Part shown: piece after piece, positions 9,131-17,809 of the stretch | Position numbering within the stretch: position 1 is the first letter of the stretch | Layout of the letters: the number at the start of each line of letters is the position of its first letter | Source of the DNA: Prasinococcaceae sp. CCMP 1430 | Lineage: Eukaryota > Plantae > Prasinodermophyta | Assembly: GCA_013416795.1 (NCBI GenBank) | Contig: RQSC01000602.1 | Coordinates: 77,224-122,740 of the forward strand | Direction of reading: 5' to 3' | DNA: 45,517 nt | Notes under the pieces: generated by a model | The model's database searches: none | The model's input: only the letters and a program-made list of their open reading frames with translations | What the model was told of the DNA's origin: nothing | Program-made: the position numbers and the translations under genes

Positions 9131-10487
9131 TCAGAAAATCATCGCGTTGAGGTAGTTCTTGTACACGCTCATGAAGCGCGCCACGAAGGCCTCCAGGTGG
9201 AAGACGGCTTTGGAGCCGCCCACCAGTCTGTGCTCGTAGAACGCCGCCCAGTGCGCGATCTCGTGCTTGATCTCGCTCTCGCTCTTCTGCATGAGCTCCG
9301 CGGCCAGCCTGCGCAGGATGAGGTGCGGCGGGATGCAGTTCACCAGCAGCTCGTACAGCGAGGCGCGCACGGCGAACAGGCGCTGGGGGCTCTGGTTGTC
9401 AAGGATGTCCGAGGCGATGCCCTTGATGTACACCTCCCAGTCGGGCAGCTGCACGTCCTGATTGGGGGCGAAGGGGTACTGTTGGACCCTCGCCGTTTCG
9501 AGGCACAGCAGCGCGCGGCGCATGTTGCGCTCGCTCGTACGAGCGATCTTGTGCGCCAGCGGCTCTGGGAGGTTGAGACCCTCCTTGACCGCCACGTCCT
9601 TGAGCAAGCGCACCACCTCCATGTGGCGTGGCAGCGGTACGCGCACGCACAGGCAGCGCGATCTGCACCGCGCGGTGGGACGGGACGGGTGGGCGGGCGG
9701 TCAGTACTCGCGCGGGTGATCGCGACGAGCGGTCGCGCGCCGCGCTCACGACCCGATCCGCGCGAGCGCGATGACCTAGGCGCGCGGCGTACCGAACGGC
9801 CTCGATGACCTTCGACGCGCTGGAGCAGCAGAGCACCAATCGGCACGCGGCGCTGTACTTCTCCATCGTGCGGCGCAGCGACTGCTGCGCGACCTTGGAG
9901 AGCTTGTCCACCTCGTTGAGCACGACCATCTTGAAGCCCTTCTTGCCGGTGGCCGCGTCGATTGGCCTGCTCTTGGCCATCTCTTTGAGGATCTCCTGCA
10001 CGACGTAGCGATCCTTGAGGCCTGCGCTGCTGGGATTGAGCTCGATGTGGTGGTTGCTCGACACAGTCACGAGCTCGACCTCGACCTTGTCGGCGCGATC
10101 CGGCGTCTCAATGCGCCACGCCTTCTGCTCGACCTTGAGGCGCGCCGCGGACGCGCCTGCGAAGATCGGGCACAGCCGGCGGGGAAGGGGGGGGGGGGCA
10201 GTGTGCCGGGATCGGGGGAGGGAGGGGGCGCTCGGCGTCAGCGTGCGGTGACGGCGCACGCGAGGCGCGCGCGCGCCGGCGAGCGAGCGAGCGATGCGTC
10301 ACGCACCGAACATTTCCCTGAGCAGCGCCCCCACGAGCGTGCCCTTGCCGGCGCCCGGCGGCCCATAGAAGAGCGTGTGCGGGCAGTCGCCGCTGCGCAC
10401 GAGCTGTCGCAGGTGCGCCGCGGTGTCGGCGTGCACGCCGAAGCTCTCGAGCGCCGTCGGCCGGTGCTTGTCGACGTAGAGCGACAT
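9131..10487 (-). CDS. RFC3: Replication factor C small subunit (human RFC3 / yeast Rfc5 type); exons 10487-10307, 10156-9793, 9662-9131
   Basis: Motifs MSLYVDKHRP, HTLFYGPPGAGKGT, SSNHHIELNPS, KMVVLNEVDKLS, QQSLRRTMEKY, SRCL, LYELLVNCIPP and HLEAFVARFM. Both GT-AG introns keep the frame. Confidence 0.95.
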
Positions 10488-10637
10488 CTCCGCCGCCGGC
10501 ACGCCCGCGCCCGCGCCCGCGCCTCGAACACCTTCCGCCCCTCCCCCGCCCGCGCTGCGGCGCTCCACACACGCGCCGCCGCGCCGCGCCGCCGGGTGGG
10601 CCGCGGCGGCGGCGCAACGGGCCGCGCTGCGCGCGTG

Positions 10638-12213
10638 ATGCTGCCGCTAGCCTGCATCGCGCTGCAGCTGTGCGTCAGCTCGGCGCTCATTATGCTCAAC
10701 AAGTACCTCCTGTCGGCCGACGGCTTCCACTTTCCCATGATCCTCTCCGTTGCTGGCATGGTCTTCTCCAGGTGGGTGGGACGCGCAAGCGCGCTAACGC
10801 GCAAACGCGCTCGCGCTGCTGCTGATCCGTGCGCTCCCGCGCCCACGCGCCGGCTCCTCCAGCATGGGGACATTCGTCGCGTGCCGCGTGCTCGGGCTCG
10901 TGAGCGCGCCACGCGTGAGCTGGCGCACGTACATGCGGAAGTTTGTGCCTGTGGGAGCGCTCATGGCTGCGACGCTCTCGCTCGGAAACATCGCCTACCT
11001 GCACCTGTCGGTCTCGATGATACAAATCCTCAAAAGCCTCTGCCCTGTCATCACGGTGCGCCGGCGCGCCAGATCGAGCGAGTGCGAGCGCGCGTGTACC
11101 TTAAGCGGACGAGCGGCGCATCTGACACACCGTGCGCCGCCACCATGGTCGCGCTCGCCCCTTCAAAAGCTCATAATCCTGCACTTGAGCGGCATAGAGA
11201 CGCCCAGCCGCGCGGTGGTGCTCGCCGTGCTAGTCATCTCCGTCGGCTGTGCGATCGCCGTCGAGGGTGACATTGAATTCAGCTGGCTCGGCTTTTGGAT
11301 CGTCATAGCCAGCGAGGTGTGCGAGTGCTCCCGGGTGGTGTGCGTGCAGTGGCTCATCGAGGGAAAGAAGCTGAAGAAAGGCCAAAAGGACGGCGCCTCC
11401 GCTCCTACCACCTCCGCCGCCGTCTCCGGCACCGACCCGGCGCTGCGTCTGAACGCCCTCTCCAGTTTGTACTTCCTCGCGCCAGCGTGTGTGCTGTGGG
11501 TGGCAGTGCTGGTTGTGACCACCGGCGAGGGTGCAGCGTGCGGGCGAGAGCGTTGCTGGGAGAAGGTGCTGGCGAGGTACGTGTCTGTGCGGCGAGTCGG
11601 TGTGTTCGGCTGGTCCTCATTGGACCCGCTGGATGCGTGCATCCGCCCCCAAGCTGTTTGCTGACCAGATTTGTCTACTGTACCTTCCCTCGCACACGCC
11701 CTGGCGTGTTCGCCAACCAATACGCCGCGCGCTCGTGCGCAACGCTGGCTCGCGTGTCGCCCGACCTCCCGGCGCACGCGCAGGCCTGGGCTGTATCTGC
11801 TGGCGGCCTCCTTGGGTTTCGGAGTGAATCTGACGACATTTTTAGTGATACAAACAAGTCCTAGCGGTTCGCTCACGTTCAAGGCAGCAGGTACGCGCGC
11901 GGCCCCGCGGCCGCGCGCGCGCACAGTAGCCCCTATGCGCGAGTCCGTGCAAGAACTAGCTGCACCTCACGCGACAACCTGACGACCTATTGCGCGCATC
12001 CTGACCACGCGCTCGGTCACGCGCGCGCGCCCGCACTGCCTTGCAGGTACGGTGAAGAACGCATTTTTGGTGTACGCGAGCGTGCTCGCCTTCGGAAACG
12101 TGGTGACGCCGCTCGAGGGGATGGGCTACGCCATTGCCATCTCAGGCTTCGTGGCGTACCAGCGCATCAAGCTCAGTGAATCGAGGCTGCAGGCGCATGA
12201 GCACGGGACATAG
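10638..12213 (+). CDS. Triose-phosphate / nucleotide-sugar transporter family (TPT/EamA-like); exons 10638-10771, 10863-11055, 11170-11576, 11784-11890, 12047-12213
   Basis: Motifs LIMLNKYLL..FHFP, LGNIAYLHLSVSMIQILKS, GFGVNLTTFLVI and SLTFKAAGTVKNAFLV. Four GT-AG introns can be joined in frame. Confidence 0.85.
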
Positions 12214-12435
12214 CGTGGGCTCAACGACCGGCATGTCTTGGTGGAGGGCACTGTGTCGCCAAGCTAGGCGTCCATATATATCACCTGGTATTAATACAAA
12301 AGCAGATTAATCGATTGCTCTAGCTTCCTGCTCTGCAGTGGCACCACACGCACGTAGGCAACTTCTAGACGCGATGTGGGCACGACCTTATCTGGCTATC
12401 CCTCAGCCTGGCCAGCGCTGGCACGCCTAACGCGC

Positions 12436-13889
12436 TCACACGCCGAGCAGCACGACCTTTGCGACGAAGGCAGCCGCGAGTACCTTGAGGCCCGTGGGGA
12501 CGTCGCTTGCCTCGCCGGCGCCATATTTAGCGAGGATGAACAAGATCGCGCCGATGCCCACGCCGCTCGCAATGCTGAAAGTCAGGCCAATGCAAAGCAC
12601 GACGGTAACCGCTGGCACCCACTCGGTCACGTCCTGCCCAGCGTCGAGGGACGCAGCTCGTCGGCAGTCAGCACGCGTGCTTTTGAACGTCACCAATTCG
12701 CGCGAGCACGAGCATGTCGCGCGCGTCGCGTCGCGCACGCACCTCCCAATTCAGCCCGCCCAGCGACTTCATCATGGACGCCGCAACGAAGAGCAGTGCT
12801 GGTGTCGTGGCGAAGGGCGCCACGGACGCCGCGAGCGGCGCGAGGAAGAGCGCCGAGAGGAATAACACGCTCGTGGTCACGGCCGCGAGGCCCGTGCGCG
12901 CACCCGCCGCGCAGCCAGCGGCGCTCTCGGCAAAGGAGGTGACCGTCGACGTGCCGAGGCCCGCGCCCACCACGGTGGCGGTCGCATCGGCGTACATGGC
13001 ACGCCGCAGCTTCTTCTGGGAAAAGATGCCGTCGCCGGGAATGCCTCTTGTCAGGGCGACGAGCGTGCCGGCGGTGTCCAGAAAGTCCGTGTACAGAAGA
13101 CTGAGCACAGCGCCGAGCATGCCCGGCGCGAGTGCCGCGCGCCAGTCGGCCGCCATGAATGTGGGCGCCAGCGACGGCGGCGCGGAGACGACGCCCTGGA
13201 ATGGGTGGAGACCCATGCCCACAGCGGCGGCGGCGCACGCAGCAACAGAGAGCAGCAGAGCGCCCGGCACGCGCCGGCGCTCGAGTGCTACGGCGGCGGC
13301 GAGGCCGCACAGCGATATCACGGCCGGCGGGGCGGTGAGTGCGCCCACGCCGATGATCGTCGCGGAGTTCGCGACCACGATGCCCGCGCTCTTGAGGGCG
13401 ATGAGGCCCAGCAGCAGGCCGATGCCCGCCGCCGCCCCGCGCCGCAGCGAGTCCGGCAGCGCCTGCAGTAGTTTCTCGCGCAGCGGCGTCAGGGAGAGCG
13501 CGAGGAACGCCACGCCGCTCACCGCCACGGCGCCGAGTGCTGTCTGCCACGCGAGGCCCTGCGAGAGGCACAGCGTGTAAGCGAAATAGGCGTTGATGCC
13601 CATGCCGGGCGCGAGTGCCACCGGCAAGTTCGCGACGAGGCCCATGAGCGCGCACCCGAACGCCGACGCCAGGCACGTCGCCGTGAACGCCGCTCCAGCG
13701 GGAACGCCCCCCGCGGCGAGAATGGCGGGGTTCACGACCACGATGTACGTCATTGCCGCGAACGTGGTCGCGCCCCCGATGATCTCCCGCTCGACCGTCG
13801 ACCCCGCCTCCGCCACACCAAACGCCGCGTCCAGAGCGCGTGCCGCGCCACCGCCGCCGCCGGCTGCGGCGGCCGCCGCGAGGCGGGCC
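12436..13889 (-). CDS. AzgA-type (NCS2) purine permease; exons ~13889-12743 and 12633-12436; N-terminus obscured by the N at 13890
   Basis: Motifs EIIGGATTFAAMTYIVVVNPAIL, ANLPVALAPGMGINAYFAYT, DFLDTAGTL, ESAAG..AGARTGL and the last exon EWVPAVTVV..LTFSIASG. Confidence 0.9.
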
Positions 13890-13956
13890 NGAGCGCGCGT
13901 GAGCCTGTCGCGCGTGTAGGCTTGGGTGTAATGCAATCTTAATCCCACTGCTGTCA

Positions 13957-15528
13957 TTGGCACCCACTCTCGAGGTCGGCCATGAGCTCGCTCAGGCTCT
14001 GGAGGAGCTTCGCCTCAGCGGCTACGGGGATGCACATGATCGCCATCGCTGGCGAAGCGCCCTCGGCAAGTGGCCCCGCGGCATCGGCAGCGTTGTGGCC
14101 GTCCACCACGCAGTACCACTCAGCGTGCTGCAGCATTGCGCGATCCTCCCAACGCGCGAAGTCCAGGTCGCGACCGCGCTTACTCCTCTTCTCCTTCTTC
14201 AGCTTCTTGCGCGGCACCTCACTGGCGCTGCGTTCCCCGCCCACTCCTGCGTCGAGCCTCCAGCACGGCGCTGTGTGGAGCAGCCGCTCGAAGCTGAAGG
14301 ACTGTGCGCCGCCCTCGCCCTCGCCGCGGCCGGCGCCGCAGCCGTCGAGGGGCAGGCGCCCGACGGCGACGAGGAGGCCGCAGGCGAGGGGCGCGAGCGG
14401 GGGGCGCGCCTGCTGGCGGCGTGGGAGCGCGCGCGCGCCGCGCTGCCCGCCTACGACGAGGAGCGCGTGGGGCTGGCGGTGGGATTCGCCCATGTGACGG
14501 GCGGCGAGGAGGGCGAGCAGGCGATAAATGCGGCAATCTACGATCTCGAGACCGAGCCGGACGACGAGGGGGAGGTGGAGGGCGGCGTGTGGGCGACGCT
14601 GCGGCGCATGCAGCGAGGCGTGTGCGCGGGCGCGGAGCTGCGCATGGTGCTCGCGCACATACGCGCCCGCGACGGCCGGGACGGCCGCGAGCCGCTGCTT
14701 CTAGCGGCCTCGCAGCTCCAGGGCACCGCGAAGGTTATCGCCGAGGAGGCCAGCCGCGAGGCCACGCAAGACGAGGAGGGTGCGCCGCCGCCACCGCCGC
14801 CGATGCCGCCGCCGCTGGGAGCGCGCTGCGCGGACACGCACCTGAGCCTCGCGGAGCACCTTTTGAAGAGCCCCGGCGGCGTCAAGATGATCCGCGCCGC
14901 GCTGGCGACGACGCGGCCAGTCGTAGCTGCAGCCAGTGCGGCCGCGCGGCTGGGCGCGGGCGACTCGGACGCCGAGGCTGGCGTACGTGAGCTGGTGCGG
15001 AGGCTATTTCCCGCCCTGCGCTTGCAGTGGCTGGCGCACGGGATGCTCGAGGCGGGAGGGGTGGCGACGACGCGCGCGGACGCGGTGGAGGCGCTCAACG
15101 CCGCCGTGGCGCTTCACAGCTACGCCAAGCAGATTGCAAGGGAGGCCGATGGCGACGACGCCACGGCCATGGCTGCAGTCGAGGAGGCGCGCCAGGCGGC
15201 CCAGATTGGTCACATGCGCCTGGCGCTGGTCGACGCCGACGCAGCGGCAGCGGAAGGCGCCGCGGCGCTGCCCAAGCATGTCGCGACCGCGCTCGAGAAC
15301 GGCGCGGAGGATTCGCTCAGGAAGGCCGACCTTCTGCTCGGCGCGGCGTTCGTCGAGGCGCTCGGCGCCTGCGAGGCCGCGCGGCTTCGCGCGGGCGCCG
15401 AAGCGGCGACTACCAGCTGCAGGCGACGCGCGCCGTCGCCGCGGGCGAGGCGCGAGCCGGCACCACCGTCGCCGAGGCGCTGCGCGCAGCAGGGGGCGAG
15501 CTCTAATAATACCATACGCACGCAATAA
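13957..15528 (+). CDS. Uncharacterised Ala/Glu-rich, probably helical protein; start and C-terminal frame uncertain
   Basis: Long ORF with host-like GC3-rich codons. No recognised motif. Confidence 0.5.
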   Translation: MAPTLEVGHELAQALEELRLSGYGDAHDRHRWRSALGKWPRGIGSVVAVHHAVPLSVLQHCAILPTREVQVATALTPLLLLQLLARHLTGAAFPAHSCVEPPARRCVEQPLEAEGLCAALALAAAGAAAVEGQAPDGDEEAAGEGRERGARLLAAWERARAALPAYDEERVGLAVGFAHVTGGEEGEQAINAAIYDLETEPDDEGEVEGGVWATLRRMQRGVCAGAELRMVLAHIRARDGRDGREPLLLAASQLQGTAKVIAEEASREATQDEEGAPPPPPPMPPPLGARCADTHLSLAEHLLKSPGGVKMIRAALATTRPVVAAASAAARLGAGDSDAEAGVRELVRRLFPALRLQWLAHGMLEAGGVATTRADAVEALNAAVALHSYAKQIAREADGDDATAMAAVEEARQAAQIGHMRLALVDADAAAAEGAAALPKHVATALENGAEDSLRKADLLLGAAFVEALGACEAARLRAGAEAATTSCRRRAPSPRARREPAPPSPRRCAQQGASSNNTIRTQ

Positions 15529-15916
15529 TAAGGAAATTTGCACGGGCCAGGTCGCGCTCTCGTCGGCAGCATTGCTCTGAACGCACGAAGCGGTTGTGGC
15601 GGTAGGTGCGCTCCCCAGCTGTCGACGTGCACACCGTGGCGTGGGCGCCGTTGATGCCTGCTGCAGGGCACGCAGCCTGTGCGCTGCGAATCTCCTTGAG
15701 GAAGGATGTCACGGGGGGCGGAAGCACGGTCGACGACTCTGCCAACTGGGAACTGCTCCACAACGAAGCACTCGTCGACCTCGCCACCGCTGCGGCCGAG
15801 GCGAAACTGTTGGCCGCCGCACGCGACCCATGCGCACCCCACGTCACCAAGAGTGAGGCCGACCGCGCCGACCGCCTGGTCCACAAGTACCAGACCGTGG
15901 TAAGTCACCCCCACTA

Positions 15917-16180
15917 GGGCTTATGCTCTTTGCTCAGTGAACTGTGGTGCCCCTTCGGGACTTGTGCTGCCTGGTGTAGGACTTATGCTCTGTGCTCAGT
16001 GAGCGGGTTGCCCTGTGGGGACTTGTGCATGATGAGGTCAGTGAGGTACTCGAAAGTGGGAGCAGGAAGTGGCTTGGTGAGCACATCTGCAGGGTTGTTC
16101 GATGTGGGAACGTGTTCCGACTCGAGCCAATCAGCGAGTATGCCTTCAATGAGAGACTTCGCCTCGTCAACCCGAAGTTC
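15917..16180 (-). mobile_element. Ty1/copia RNase H C-terminal fragment plus 3' UTR repeat unit, inverted relative to the adjacent gag-pol
   Basis: The minus frame HVPTSNNPADVLTKPLPAPTFEYL matches the copia RNase H end (VPT..NPAD..TKPL). It is followed by about 1.3 copies of the 62-bp unit that is tandemly arrayed at 23711-23958 on the other strand. Confidence 0.85.
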
Positions 16181-17806
16181 GCCATGCAGGAACAGCTCCT
16201 GTACCTGTTCGCTATGGCAAGAACTCCTGAGAACTGGACGGCATTTCGAGCAATCATGCAGCAAGATACGGGCTCGGCCGAGCGATTCACGCTCGAGCGA
16301 TTCAAGAAGGAAGCTCTCTCCTACAGTGTGGGTGAAAACGCTCAACATGAGCAACTCACTCACACTGCTCACTTCGGTGCCGTGCCTACGAGGACCAGAG
16401 GTCAATGCAACCATTGTGGACTCAACAACCACACGACTGCAGAGTGTACGATTGGACCGTGTGGCATCTGCAACAACAAGACTGACCAACCTCCTCACAG
16501 GACCAAGGAATGCCGTATGCTCGCAAAAGCCAATGCTTTCCAGAAGGGAAAAGGGCCAGCGCGTGCAGCGCCTTCCTCAGCATCTGATGGCGCCTCAGGC
16601 AGCAGGCGGTGTGCATACTGTCAGTTATCAGGACATGGCACTACGACATGCCCCCAGCTGCTCCTCTTGCAGAAGAACCAAGACAAGCTACCGGCCACGA
16701 ACGCTGGTGCCAAGTCACAGAGTTTATCCAAGAAGCCGAGAGCCTTCGCTGCTGAAGAGGCACCCGTGGCGTCATACGACGACGTTGACGACACCCAGAT
16801 ACAGTTCGGCTACATGGCCCTTGCCAACCCAGGGCAAGGACAAACGTGGTACCCATCATGGCAGCCACAAGTGGTGTCTTCCCCCGGCTTCCTTCCCTAT
16901 GCTCCGCACTACCTACAGCCCTACTCAACTCCGAGTGTGTACGACTCAAGACAGCTGGAGCAGACTCTGCTTTCTGCCGACAGCAACATACCGCTTCATA
17001 CCGTCGCAGAACCAACGTCTACAGAAGCACATGCCGAACCAACACCATCTCGGCCAATCCTTGTCACCCCCATGGCAGGACAATTCACCGACGATGAAGT
17101 GGCCATGGTCGCAATGACTGCTACGTCACCGACCACAAGTACAGGATGGAGCCTCGACTCAGGCTGCACACGTCATGTCACTTCTGACCCAGAGGACTTT
17201 CTTCATGCCACTCTCAAGCCGTCGCCGCGCATCACCTATCAAGGCATCAATGGAGCAGTTGACTCCACGCACGAAGGTGATGTCCGCCTTGCACTCACCG
17301 ATGAGCAAGGTCTGCCTTTCAACATCACGGTCACTCGAGTGAGAATGATACCTAAGAAGGGCCAGACGCACGTTCGCCTCCTAAGCGTTCGTGCACTTGT
17401 CGAACACGGCTGTCATGTCTCCCTCAACGCTTCTCCTAGGCTCCTCATCGGAACTCGTGCGTTTCCACTGCATGGGGATACCTATATGTTGCCAACACAA
17501 GACCGCACCCATCATGCTCAAGATCCAGCAGCTGCGTTTGCGGCCAGGCTTACCGACCTTTCTACGGCTCACGTCCGTCTGGGTCATGCGACCAAGGAAG
17601 TCTGTGAACGCACTCTCCAAGGTCGCTATGATGCCTCGGAGACCATCGACTGTCGCATTTGCGCACTCGCGAATGGTCGTCATCGCGACATCGGCACCGG
17701 GCCGGACATCCTACCTCGCATCCATCCTACCTATGGATGCGAGTACATGGCCCTCGACGCGTTCTACTATGCGTCCACGCCTGGCACCAAAGGCGAGCGA
17801 TGGTAG
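16180..17806 (+). mobile_element. Ty1/copia gag-protease-integrase N-terminal fragment, truncated in the integrase
   Basis: Three CCHC knuckles (CNHCGLNNHTTAEC, CGIC..PPHRTKEC, CAYCQLSGHGTTTC), protease WSLDSGCTRHVT, integrase zinc finger HVRLGH...CRIC, then MALD. The frame stops at 17806. Confidence 0.9.
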
Positions 17807-17809
17807 TGT

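Noticed and set aside
15992-16180. N-terminus of the 604-aa gag ORF
   Set aside because: This part is the antisense of the inverted RNase H fragment, not Gag sequence.
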